A stretch of DNA of 55,120 nt from Thermoanaerobaculia bacterium (GTDB lineage: Bacteria; Acidobacteriota; Thermoanaerobaculia; UBA5066). The notes beneath the pieces are model-generated. The model made no database searches, was not told the DNA's origin, and worked only from the letters and a program-made list of their open reading frames with translations. Position numbers and translations under genes: made by a program. Below are positions 1-13,306 of this stretch, piece by piece (within the stretch, counting starts at the first letter, position 1; every line of letters starts with the position of its first letter). The DNA lies in the NCBI GenBank assembly GCA_036385755.1, contig DASVJU010000029.1, forward strand, positions 1-55,120. The letters are read 5' to 3'.

Positions 1-4334
<4,334 letters not shown>

Positions 4335-4338
<4 letters not shown>

Positions 4339-5399
4339 GGCGCGATTCGGTCCTCGTCCTGGCGACGCGCGGGCTCGCCTCGGCGCTCGGAACCTGGAAG
4401 GCGATCCTGCTCTTCCTCGTCCTGAACGCGCTTCTCGCGGCCGCCTTCCTGCATCCGCTCGCGTCCGCGCTCCACGAGACGCTCGACAAGAACCCGTGGG
4501 CCGAGCGGCTCGCCGCGGGCGACACGGACCTCCACACGTTCTTCACGTCGTTCGCGCGCACCCGGCCCGACGTCCTCGGCGACCTCGAGAAGTGGGACGA
4601 GGCCGTCACCGGCGAGCGCGGCGAGCGCGGTCCCTCCGGGAAGGCGACGCCGCTTTCGGGTTTCTTCGGCACGACCGGCCTCTCGGGTTCCGCGGTTGCC
4701 TACGCGGCGCTCGCCGCCGTCCTCGCCGCCCTCTTCTCCGGCGGATTCGCCGGGCGATTCGGCGCCGAGCGCGACCGGACGAGCCTCGCGGCGTTCGGAG
4801 CGGACGCCGCGCGATTCGCGGTCCCGTCCCTCCTGTTCGGCGCGCTGTCTCTGGCGGGGATCCTCGCGGCCTATCGCTGGGTCTACGCGGCGGCGGGGAC
4901 GCTCTACGAGCCGGACGAGCTGCGGTACGAATGGGAGGCCACGGGGCTCGTCCTCCTGCGCCTCGGGGCGTTCCTTCTCGTGGCAGGTATTCTCCGGCTC
5001 GTCGTCACGTACGCGCGCGCGGCGATGGGACAGGGCGCGACGAACCCCTTCGCGGCCCTCATGAGCGGCTTCGGATTCGTCCTCGCCCGGCCCGCGCGCA
5101 CGCTCGCGATCGAGATCTTCTTCGGCGTTCTCGGCATCCTTCCGCTCCTCGTCTGGGCATTTCTCGGCCCCGTCTGGAATGGCGGCGATTTCGCCGATTT
5201 CGCCCTGATTCTCGCCGGCCAGCAGCTCGTCGTCATCCTTCGGATTCTGACGCGCGCGGGCCACCTCGGCGCGGCCTCGGCCTATCTGAAGCGCTCGAGA
5301 GAGCCGGTGTCGCCGGCGGCGGCCCCCCCGCTCCGGGTGGCGCCGGAGCCCTCGGCCGCCCGGCCCACCGAAACACCTGTCGCCGTGACCGCGCCGTGA
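4335..5399 (+). CDS. Polytopic membrane protein, function unknown
   Basis: This is the in-frame tail of track ORF 2316..5399; the first 2 kb of that ORF is a GC artefact overlapping the peptidase. GTG at 4335 overlaps the peptidase stop (GTGA). There are several long hydrophobic segments (KAILLFLVLNALLAAAFL, AVAYAALAAVLAALF, LLFGALSLAGILAAY, LVLLRLGAFLLVAGIL, IEIFFGVLGILPLLVWAFL). I recognise no family motif. Confidence 0.7.
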
Positions 5400-5995
5400 T
5401 GCCCCTGCGCCTTCGCTCCCGGACGCCCGATTCGTGGGCAGCGCATGTCACGGCGAAGGAAAACCTCCCGGCCCTCGTCGCCGATCACGCCGTCTGCGAG
5501 TTGCAGGCCTCGGTCTACGCCCTGTCGCTCGTCGGCACGTATCCACGGAACGCGCCGCTCGTCGACCGGCTCTCCGCGCTCGCGGCCGAGGAACTGCGCC
5601 ACTTTCGCAGGGTCTCGCGCGAGGCGCGCCGCCTCGGGGCGCCGATGAAGACCACCAGGCGCAACTTCTACGTCGCCGAGCTTCGCGCGGCCTGCCGCCG
5701 GGAGCGGGAGCCCGAGAAGGGCCTCGACCTCCTCCTCGTCGCCGCTCTCATCGAGGCGCGCAGCCACGAGCGTTTCACGCTCCTCCTCGGCCACGTGCCT
5801 GACGCGCGCCTCTCGAAGATCTACGCCGATCTCGCCGAAGCCGAGGCCCGGCACGGCCCGATCTACCTCGACCTCGCGATCACCCATGCCGGCGAGGACG
5901 CGACGAAAAAGCGGCTCGACGAGCTTCTCGACGTCGAGGCCCGCGCCATCTCTCTCCCGTCGAAGACCGAGATCGCGGTTCACGGGGCGGCATAG
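5399..5995 (+). CDS. miaE: tRNA-(ms2io6A37) hydroxylase MiaE-like ferritin-fold diiron protein
   Basis: 198 aa. ATG at 5399 shares its A with the previous stop (TGATG). Glu/His-containing helices (CELQAS, AEELRHF, ALIEARSHERF, LAEAEARH) are spaced as in MiaE. This is the in-frame tail of track ORF 4496..5995. Confidence 0.7.
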   Translation: MPLRLRSRTPDSWAAHVTAKENLPALVADHAVCELQASVYALSLVGTYPRNAPLVDRLSALAAEELRHFRRVSREARRLGAPMKTTRRNFYVAELRAACRREREPEKGLDLLLVAALIEARSHERFTLLLGHVPDARLSKIYADLAEAEARHGPIYLDLAITHAGEDATKKRLDELLDVEARAISLPSKTEIAVHGAA

Positions 5996-5999
5996 GGGC

Positions 6000-6335
6000 G
6001 TGGCCTCGCGCCTTCTCCCCGCGGCTCTCGCCCTCCTCGTCCTGGGCGCGCACTTCCTGCGTGCGGGACAGCTCGCGCTGGTGTCCGTGACCCTGGCCGT
6101 CGCCCTTCTCCTCTTCGTGCGGCGTCCGTGGGCGGCGCGGGCCGTGGAGGGCGCTCTCGCTCTCGGGGCAGTCGAGTGGCTGCGCACGCTTGCTCTTCTC
6201 GCGGGCGAGCGCCGCGCGGCCGGCGCGCCGACCCTCCGCATGACGCTGATTCTCACGAGCGTCGCCCTCGCGACGGCCCTCTCTCTCCTCGCCTTTCGCT
6301 CGCGCGCCGTGAAGGAGCATTTCCGCCTGATCTGA
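6000..6335 (+). CDS. Small membrane protein (about 3 TM), function unknown
   Basis: GTG at 6000, in-frame tail of track ORF 5886..6335. Hydrophobic segments LLPAALALLVLGAHFL, LALVSVTLAVALLLFV and LILTSVALATALSLLAF. Confidence 0.5.
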   Translation: MASRLLPAALALLVLGAHFLRAGQLALVSVTLAVALLLFVRRPWAARAVEGALALGAVEWLRTLALLAGERRAAGAPTLRMTLILTSVALATALSLLAFRSRAVKEHFRLI

Positions 6336-6351
6336 AGGCACGGCCCCCCGC

Positions 6352-7122
6352 TCAGGCGAAGAGGACGCTGCGCATCGAGAGAGACCCGAGGTCGAAGCCC
6401 GTGAGCGGGAAGCTCGCCGTGTCCCTTCCGTCCGAGGCGCCGAAGGCATAGAGGATCGGGAGCCAGTGCTCGGCCGTCCGGTGCGCGCGCCGGCCGTCCG
6501 GCGTGTCGAGGGCGCCGACGAGCCACGGCTCGTCACGCGCCTCGAGGGCCCGCGCGACCTCGGCGTCGAAGCGCGCGGCCCAGTCGGGTGTCGACGGGTC
6601 GCCGCGCCGCATCCGGGAGAACGCGTCCCTGAGGTCGTGCGTGAGATTGCCGCTTGCGAGAACGAGCACGCCCTCGTCGCGCAGTGGCGCGAGCGCGCGC
6701 CCGGCCGCGAGATGTTCGGCGGCGCTCGCGCGGACATCCAGCGACAGCTGCACCACGGGGACGTCCGCGCCCGGGTACATCCGGTGGAGGACGGACCACG
6801 TCCCGTGGTCGAGGCCGCGGCCGTCCGCCGCGGACCCTCCCGCGAGCTCCGCCGCTCGCTGCGCGAGCGCCTTGTCGCCACGCACGGCATACCGCATCGC
6901 GTAGAGCTCGGGCGGGAACCCGCCGAAGTCGTGGATCGTCGACGGCGGGTCGTCGAGAGTCGTGAACGTGCCGTCCGACTCCCAGTGCGCCGACACCGCG
7001 AGGATCGCGCGGGGGCGCGGGACGAGGCGCGCGAGCGCCGCGTGGCCGCGGCTGAAGGCGTTGTCCTCGAGCGCGTTCATGGGCGAACCGTGACCGACGA
7101 AGAGAACGGGCTGGCGGGTCAT
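6352..7122 (-). CDS. ygiD: Class III extradiol ring-cleavage dioxygenase (4,5-DOPA dioxygenase, YgiD family)
   Basis: 256 aa. N-terminal VLFVGHGSPMNALE, then AILAVSAHWE and SGNLTHDLR motifs characteristic of the family. Confidence 0.8.
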   Translation of the reverse strand: MTRQPVLFVGHGSPMNALEDNAFSRGHAALARLVPRPRAILAVSAHWESDGTFTTLDDPPSTIHDFGGFPPELYAMRYAVRGDKALAQRAAELAGGSAADGRGLDHGTWSVLHRMYPGADVPVVQLSLDVRASAAEHLAAGRALAPLRDEGVLVLASGNLTHDLRDAFSRMRRGDPSTPDWAARFDAEVARALEARDEPWLVGALDTPDGRRAHRTAEHWLPILYAFGASDGRDTASFPLTGFDLGSLSMRSVLFA

Positions 7123-7142
7123 CGTGAGCCTCCGTGAGCTTC

Positions 7143-8285
7143 CTACCGTGCCAGGCGGACGGGGCCTGCCGGCGCGGCATGGGTCCAGCGCGACGACGGA
7201 AACCCCGCGAAAAGCACGGTCCCGTCTGCCGAGTAGCGGACCATGTACGTGAACGGGTCGACCTCGTGGGAGAGGTAGCCGAAGCGTACATCCCGGACGA
7301 GGACCTCCACGTTGCGGCCCTGCGTCTCCTCGCGCGCGGCCGGAAACCGGGCGAAGCGGCCGAACACGCCGGCCATTCCGCTGTCCAGGGCGCGCTCGGC
7401 GAACGGGCCGTTTGTCTTCTCGATCACGCGGGGCGCGAGGTCGTCGCGCGAACGGTAGACGCCGCCCATGGAACGGACGAGATTCAGGAGACCTCTCCGG
7501 AACCCCGTGCGCGCGAGCTCCTCGGCACCCGGCGCGCGCACCCCCTCCCGGCCGCGCTTGCCGAGATCCACGAACGCGGCCGTCACGGCAGACCCGTCAT
7601 CCGAGAGGAGGAGCCAGCGGTTCGGCGATCCCGGCTGGGGAATGGCGGCTCGCCGCGCCGTCCCCGTCGCAAGAGCTTCCGCGAGGCGGAGCGCCTCTCC
7701 GTGGCAGACCGCACACAGTCCCACATACGCCGTCGCCGCGAGAAGGCCAGCGCGCGCCGCGGTTCGCGAGCGCGAGAGCGAGCGTCTCGCGACGACGCCG
7801 ACACCGACGAGGCCGAGCGCGAGGAGCCCCGAAAGCACGAGATCGACGATGAACGTCCAGTCGAGCGTATACCGCGTCCACGACAGCGGCGACAGGAACA
7901 TCGTGCCCCAGGACGTGATCCAGTCGAGGAGGATGTGCGAGACGAGGCTCAGCGCGACCACCGAGCCGAGACGCTGCAGCGCGATCCGGCGGGCCGCGGA
8001 TCCTGGCGGGCCGAGCTCCGGGGAAAGCCGCAGGGCCGCGACCGCCGTGAGCGCCACGATCCAGACCGGCAGCGTGACGAAGGAATGCGTCAACGCGCGG
8101 TGCTGCGTGATGTAGAACTCGGCGGAGAACGGCGACACGAACACGTCGGCGTCGGGGAACATGGCCGCGAAGAACCCGGCCCACGCCTCGCGCCTGGCGA
8201 GCGTGCGGTCGAGATCCTCGTTTCCCGTGGTCGGGAGGGATCGGGCGAGAAGGGCGCCCGCGAGGCCGTGCGTCAGCGTGTCCAT
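7143..8285 (-). CDS. Membrane-bound metal-dependent hydrolase (YdjM/DUF457-like) with an extra C-terminal domain
   Basis: 380 aa. The MDTLTHGLAGALLA N-terminus and His-containing TM segments (ITQHRALTHSF, VSHILLDWITSWG) are typical of this family. Confidence 0.7.
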   Translation of the reverse strand: MDTLTHGLAGALLARSLPTTGNEDLDRTLARREAWAGFFAAMFPDADVFVSPFSAEFYITQHRALTHSFVTLPVWIVALTAVAALRLSPELGPPGSAARRIALQRLGSVVALSLVSHILLDWITSWGTMFLSPLSWTRYTLDWTFIVDLVLSGLLALGLVGVGVVARRSLSRSRTAARAGLLAATAYVGLCAVCHGEALRLAEALATGTARRAAIPQPGSPNRWLLLSDDGSAVTAAFVDLGKRGREGVRAPGAEELARTGFRRGLLNLVRSMGGVYRSRDDLAPRVIEKTNGPFAERALDSGMAGVFGRFARFPAAREETQGRNVEVLVRDVRFGYLSHEVDPFTYMVRYSADGTVLFAGFPSSRWTHAAPAGPVRLAR

Positions 8286-8331
8286 GGACGCGCGACTTTA
8301 ACCCGCACACCCTTCCGCTATCCTCCGGGCG

Positions 8332-10209
8332 GTGAGGCCGCTCTTCCCTCTCACGCTCGCGGCCCTGGCGCTCGCGGGCCCGCTCTACGGGCAGGACGTA
8401 CCCGCTCCCGACCCGGACGCTCCTCCGCGCGTGAAGCAGAACGTCGCCGTCGTGGCGACGCGTCTCGACGCGCCGCCGGCCTCCGCGACCGTCCGCGTCG
8501 TCACGCGCGAGGAGATCGCCGCGATGCCGGGAGTCCGCGCCCTGCCCGACGTGCTCATGACGATCGCCGGAATCGACGTGAGGCGGCGGGGCCTGAACGG
8601 CACCCAGGCCGACGTCGGCATCCGGGGCGCGGATTTCAACGGCACCCTCCTCCTCGTCGACGGCCAGCCCGCGACGGATTCAGAGAGCGGCCATCTCTCG
8701 GCGGACTTCGACGTGCCGCTCTACGCCGTCGAGCGGATCGAGGTCCTGTCGGGCGGGGGCTCTTCGTTGTGGGGTTCGAGCGCCGTCGGCGGCGTCGTGA
8801 ACATCGTGACGCGCGGAGCCGACCTGGGCCGCTCGAACATGCAGTGGGAGACGCGCTACGGGCACGGCAGCAACTCTCTCGACGCCGGCGGAGTCCGCGC
8901 GGCGACGCGCGTCAGCGAGTCCGTCTCGGCGGCCGTCGACTGGTCCCGGACGGAGACCTCGGGTTTTCGCGACGACACCGAATCTGCGTCCTCGCTCCTG
9001 CGGGTCTCCGGGCGCTGGGACTCGGGCCTCGGCCCCGTGACGCTCGGCCTCGGCTACGCGAGCCGGAGCTACGGTGCGTATGGCGCCTACGGGTCGGCCT
9101 ATCCGAACCAGCAGGAATCGACGCGGACGCGCACAGCCACCCTTTCCTCCACGCTGACCCTCGGCGGATGGACGCTGATGCCGTCCGCGTTCGTGCGCGC
9201 CCACCACGACGACTTCGTTCTCGAGAGGACCGATCCGGCCTTCTACGAGAACCTCCACGACACTCTTACCGGGCTGTTCCGGGCTGCTGCGCGGCACGCA
9301 CTCTTCGGGGGCTCTCTCGCGTTCGGCGTCGAAGCCGGCCGCGAGACGATCACGTCCACGAATCTCGGGAATCACGGCCGGAACCACGGCGCGGTCTTCG
9401 CCGAGTTGGCGCATGGCTGGGGCGCCGCTCAGGCGTCCGGCGGACTCCGCGCCGGACTGCGCGCCGACGCCTACGAGGGCTACGGGTCGCGTCTGTCTCC
9501 CTACGCCGGCGTTTCCCGCGAGGTGCTGCCACGCCTGACGCTTCGCGCCTCTTACGGCACGAGCTTTCGCGTCCCGTCGTTCACGGAGCTCGACTACACG
9601 GACCCTCAGAACGTCGGCAATCCGGACCTACGCCCGGAGAACGCCTGGAACGTCGAAGCGGGCGCTTCGATCGAGGCCGGGGCCGTTACCTTCGACGCGG
9701 CGTGGTTCCACCGGAACGCAACCGACCTCATCGACTTCGTGCGCTCGTCTGGGAGCGAGCCCTGGCGCGCCCGAAACGTGCGCAAGGCCGTCACGGACGG
9801 CATCGAGGCCTCCCTCGGCTGGTCGCGGGAGCGGCCCGTGTTCCTGACGATGTTTCGCGTACAAGCGGCGTACACATTTGCCGACCTCGCGAGCCTCTCG
9901 GCGGCGGCCGGCGGCGCGACCGAAGGGAAGTACGTGCTCGACCCCCTGCACGCGAAATGGGACGTCGCCGCGGGGATTGCGCTCCCCTTCCAGCTCGGCG
10001 CCACGTCGCGACTCTCGTACCTGTCCCGCCCGAGCTTCGAAGACGGCGTCTGGCTGGTCTCGGCACGGCTCGCCTGGCAGGCCTTCCAGGGACGCATCCT
10101 CGAGTTATTCGTGGACGGCGAGAACCTCGGCAACGTGCGCTACGAAGAGGTTCCGGGTGTCCCGCTGCCGCGCAGGACCTTCTTCGGCGGGTTCAATCTG
10201 ACGTGGTGA
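8332..10209 (+). CDS. TonB-dependent outer-membrane receptor
   Basis: 625 aa with a GTG start and a signal peptide. Plug motifs are present (VVTREEIAAMPGVRALPDVL, GIRGADFNGTLLLVDGQP, IERIEVLSGGGSSLWGSSAVGGVVNIVT). The beta-barrel ends in FFGGFNLTW. Confidence 0.9.
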   Translation: MRPLFPLTLAALALAGPLYGQDVPAPDPDAPPRVKQNVAVVATRLDAPPASATVRVVTREEIAAMPGVRALPDVLMTIAGIDVRRRGLNGTQADVGIRGADFNGTLLLVDGQPATDSESGHLSADFDVPLYAVERIEVLSGGGSSLWGSSAVGGVVNIVTRGADLGRSNMQWETRYGHGSNSLDAGGVRAATRVSESVSAAVDWSRTETSGFRDDTESASSLLRVSGRWDSGLGPVTLGLGYASRSYGAYGAYGSAYPNQQESTRTRTATLSSTLTLGGWTLMPSAFVRAHHDDFVLERTDPAFYENLHDTLTGLFRAAARHALFGGSLAFGVEAGRETITSTNLGNHGRNHGAVFAELAHGWGAAQASGGLRAGLRADAYEGYGSRLSPYAGVSREVLPRLTLRASYGTSFRVPSFTELDYTDPQNVGNPDLRPENAWNVEAGASIEAGAVTFDAAWFHRNATDLIDFVRSSGSEPWRARNVRKAVTDGIEASLGWSRERPVFLTMFRVQAAYTFADLASLSAAAGGATEGKYVLDPLHAKWDVAAGIALPFQLGATSRLSYLSRPSFEDGVWLVSARLAWQAFQGRILELFVDGENLGNVRYEEVPGVPLPRRTFFGGFNLTW

Positions 10210-10252
10210 CGCGGTAAACTCGCGTCGCGAGCTGCTCCTTCAGGCCACATTA

Positions 10253-10942
10253 ATGCCGACGATTCTTCTCCTCGACGGCGCCCGGAGGCGCCTGCCCGAA
10301 GAGCCGACCTGGCTCGGGCGGAGCGAATGGTCGCTTCGGGAGGCCGCCACGGCGGACGAGGCCCTGCGTGCAGTCGCCGCCCATCCACCGACTCTCGTCA
10401 TCGTCGACTTCGAGCGGAACCCCGAAACCGCGCTCGAGGCCGTTCGCGCTCTCCGCGCCGATCCCGCGGGCCGCGATGTTCCTCTCCTCGTCCTGGCGCC
10501 GCCGCACCGCGCCGACGAGGCCCTCCGCGCCGGCGCCGGCCACGTCTTCACGGCCGACGCGCCGCCGGAGGCGGTCCTGGCCGAGGTCGGGCGAATCCTC
10601 AACCTGCTCGAGCGCGCCGCGCCGCGCGTGAGCGTCGACGCTCCCGTGGCGTTCTGGCGGGACGGCCGGCCCACGGAAGGACGCCTGACCGACATCTCCT
10701 CGTCGGGGTTCTTCACGGCCACGAGCGAGCCTCAACCCGTCGGCGCGCGCCTCGAAATCAGCTTCAGGCTCCCCCACGACCGAACGGGGAAGACCGTGAC
10801 GGGCGAAGTGATCGTCGTGAGGCACACGGACTCCCCGGAGCCCGGCTTCGGCGCCCGCTTTTTCCGCCTTCCGCAGAACGCGAGCCGCCTCATCGAGGCG
10901 TTTCTCGACCCGCGCGCGCGCCGGGGCGGTTTCTGGACCTAG
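10253..10942 (+). CDS. Receiver-like domain fused to a PilZ domain (c-di-GMP binding type)
   Basis: 229 aa. The N-terminal half has REC-like topology (TILLLDG..., PTLVIVDFE, VPLLVLAP). The C-terminal half has PilZ-like motifs (RAAPRVSVDAP...GRLTDISSSGFF...GEVIVVRH). Confidence 0.65.
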   Translation: MPTILLLDGARRRLPEEPTWLGRSEWSLREAATADEALRAVAAHPPTLVIVDFERNPETALEAVRALRADPAGRDVPLLVLAPPHRADEALRAGAGHVFTADAPPEAVLAEVGRILNLLERAAPRVSVDAPVAFWRDGRPTEGRLTDISSSGFFTATSEPQPVGARLEISFRLPHDRTGKTVTGEVIVVRHTDSPEPGFGARFFRLPQNASRLIEAFLDPRARRGGFWT

Positions 10943-11367
10943 CGAACCGACAGGTCGTAGAGGCGAATGCCCACGCGGTCGGCGTAGTCGTGGATGCGCG
11001 GCTCCCGATAGAACTCGCCGAAATGAACGGCGACGAGGCCTGCGTTCGCGATGAGCTTGAAGCAGTTCCAGCACGGCGAAGCCGTCGTATAGATCTCGCC
11101 CCCCTCGATCCGGACGCCGTTCAGCGCCGCCTGCAGAATCGCATTCGCCTCGGCGTGGACGGTCGCGATGCAGTGACCGTCCTCCATGAGGCACCCCACC
11201 TCGTCGCAGTGCGGCAGGCCCCGGAGTGATCCGTTGTATCCCGTGGAGAGGAGCCGCTTGTCGCGCACGACAACCGCGCCGACGTGCTTGCGCGGACACG
11301 TCGCCCGGCTCGCCACCTCCCCGGCGATATTCATGAAATAGCGATGCCAGTCGACGCGCTCGGTCAC
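10939..11367 (-). CDS. dCMP deaminase (ComEB/deoxycytidylate deaminase family)
   Basis: In-frame tail of track ORF 10939..13602. Zinc motifs VHAEANA and SPCWNC are present. The start is taken as GTG 11367 (VTERVDWHRYFMNIAGEVA...); ATG 11334 is the alternative. Confidence 0.85.
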   Translation of the reverse strand: MTERVDWHRYFMNIAGEVASRATCPRKHVGAVVVRDKRLLSTGYNGSLRGLPHCDEVGCLMEDGHCIATVHAEANAILQAALNGVRIEGGEIYTTASPCWNCFKLIANAGLVAVHFGEFYREPRIHDYADRVGIRLYDLSVR

Positions 11368-11390
11368 GAGGCCGAAATGATACAGGTCCG

Positions 11391-13208
11391 CTACCAGCCG
11401 ACCGGCTTCCCCTTGTTCTGCTCGTCCAGCCACTTCTGGAGGGGCGCGAAGTAGTCGCGAATCGCGGTCGCGTCCATCTGCTTCTGTCCCGTCAGGGCCT
11501 GGAGGGCCTCGGGCCAGGGGCGGCTCGCGCCGAGGGACAGGGTCGCGTTCAGCCGGTTGCCGGCCTCCTTGTTCCCGTAGATCGAGCAGCGGTTCAGCGG
11601 GCTCTTGCAGCCGGCCGTCGCGGCGAGCGCGCGGTGGAACTGGAACTGCAGGATGTCCGCGAGGAAATAGCGCATGTAGGGCACGTTGCCGGCGACGTGG
11701 AACTTCGCGCCCGGGTCGAAGTCCTGTTCGCTCCGCGGGGTGGGCGGCGCGATGCCCTGATACTTCTTCCGGAGCTCCCACCACGCTTCGTTGTACTTCT
11801 CCGGCGGGATCTGGCCCGAGAACACCTTCCAGCGCCATTCGTCGATCACGAGCCCGAAGGGAAGGAAGGCGATTTTCTCGAGCGCCTTGTCGAGGAGCAG
11901 GCCGATGTCCTTCGTCGTGTCGGGCGCCTTGTCGAGGAGTCCGAGCTTCACGAGGTACTCGGGCGTGACCGAGAGCGCGATCGTGTCGCCGACGGCCTCG
12001 TGGAAGCCGTCGTTCGCGCTGTCGCGGAAGAGGAAGGGCTGCTGGTTGTACGCGCGCTGGTAGAAGTTGTGCCCCAGCTCGTGATGGATCGTGTTGAAGT
12101 CCTCGGCCGTGATGTCGATGCACATCTTGATGCGCAGGTCGTTGTCCGCGTCCACGTCCCAGGCGCTCGCATGGCACACGACGTCCCGGTCCCGCGGCTT
12201 CACGAAGAGCGAGCGCTTCCAGAACGTCTCCGGCAGCGGCGCGAACCCGAGCGACGTGAAGAATCCCTCGCCGTACTTCACCATCTGCTGGTCGTCCGTC
12301 TTCCGGCTCTTCAGGATCTGCGTCAGGTCGTATCCGGGGTCGGCGCCCGCGGGCGCGACGAGCGGGTAGATGTTCCCCCACTCCTGCGCCCACATGTTGC
12401 CGAGGAGATGCGCGGGGATCGGACCCGTCGCGGGCACGCGGTCGCCGTACTTCTCGCGCAGCTTCGTCCGCACGTACGCGTGGAGCGAGAGGTAAAGCGG
12501 CCTCACCTGCTCCCAGATGCGGTCCAGCTCCTTTGCGAACGCGTCCGGCGGCATGTCGTACTTCGAGCGCCACATGGCGCCGGTGTCCGCGAAACCCAGT
12601 TCGCGGGCGCCCTTGTTCGCGAGCGCGACGTACGTGACGAAGTCCTTTCGCATCGGCCGCGAGACGGAGTGCCATCCCGTCCACGCGTCGAGGAGCTCGT
12701 CGTAGTTGCGGCTCGTCGCCAGGACCTTCGAGAGGTCGCCGAGGTCGCGGCATTCCTCTTTGCCGTCCTTGCCCGGCCGGCAGGACTTGCCCTTCCCGTA
12801 GAGGCCCTCCATCGACGACGCGATGCGCGTCAGCTGCTCGCTGTCCTTCGGGTCGGCGGGCGTCGCGAGCGTGAGAGAGTTCTTCAGGAGCTTCATCTTG
12901 CGGGCGAGCTCCTCCGGCAGCGCGAGAGAGTCGAACCGCACGGACTGCTTCGCCAGCTCGACGCCCGCGTTGATCGCGCGCTCGTCCGCCTTCGCCGCGA
13001 GGATTTCCGTGTCCTCGGTGATGAAATTGATCTTGACCCAGTCGGCGCGCCCCGCGTCGACGGAGAGATCGAGCATGCGCTTTTCGGCATTCCGGATGAA
13101 GGCCTGCGCCTCCGCAACGGTGGGCGGGGGCGCCGGCTGCGCGGCGGCGAAATTCGCGAAGAGGGAGAAGAAGGCGGCGACCGCGGCGAACCGGCTGAAG
13201 CGTTTCAT
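11391..13208 (-). CDS. Secreted M2-family peptidyl-dipeptidase (angiotensin-converting-enzyme-like)
   Basis: 605 aa with signal peptide MKRFSRFAAVAAFFSLFANFAAA. HHELGHNFYQRAYNQQPFLFRDSANDGFHEAVGD matches the ACE HEXXH-x23-E zinc site almost residue for residue. Confidence 0.88.
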   Translation of the reverse strand: MKRFSRFAAVAAFFSLFANFAAAQPAPPPTVAEAQAFIRNAEKRMLDLSVDAGRADWVKINFITEDTEILAAKADERAINAGVELAKQSVRFDSLALPEELARKMKLLKNSLTLATPADPKDSEQLTRIASSMEGLYGKGKSCRPGKDGKEECRDLGDLSKVLATSRNYDELLDAWTGWHSVSRPMRKDFVTYVALANKGARELGFADTGAMWRSKYDMPPDAFAKELDRIWEQVRPLYLSLHAYVRTKLREKYGDRVPATGPIPAHLLGNMWAQEWGNIYPLVAPAGADPGYDLTQILKSRKTDDQQMVKYGEGFFTSLGFAPLPETFWKRSLFVKPRDRDVVCHASAWDVDADNDLRIKMCIDITAEDFNTIHHELGHNFYQRAYNQQPFLFRDSANDGFHEAVGDTIALSVTPEYLVKLGLLDKAPDTTKDIGLLLDKALEKIAFLPFGLVIDEWRWKVFSGQIPPEKYNEAWWELRKKYQGIAPPTPRSEQDFDPGAKFHVAGNVPYMRYFLADILQFQFHRALAATAGCKSPLNRCSIYGNKEAGNRLNATLSLGASRPWPEALQALTGQKQMDATAIRDYFAPLQKWLDEQNKGKPVGW

Positions 13209-13306
13209 GGGCCGATCGTAGCAAGGTCGCGCCCTTCGTCGCGCTCTGCGATGCCCGAAGAATCCGGAGAATCCAAAGTCCAGCCCGACTCAGTAAGATC
13301 CCCCGG

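Noticed and set aside
7134-10217. 1027-aa plus-strand ORF spanning the hydrolase and TonB-receptor region
   Set aside because: It lies in a different frame or strand from two well-supported genes (7143..8285 minus, 8332..10209 plus). Its composition is dominated by Arg, which marks a GC-frame artefact.
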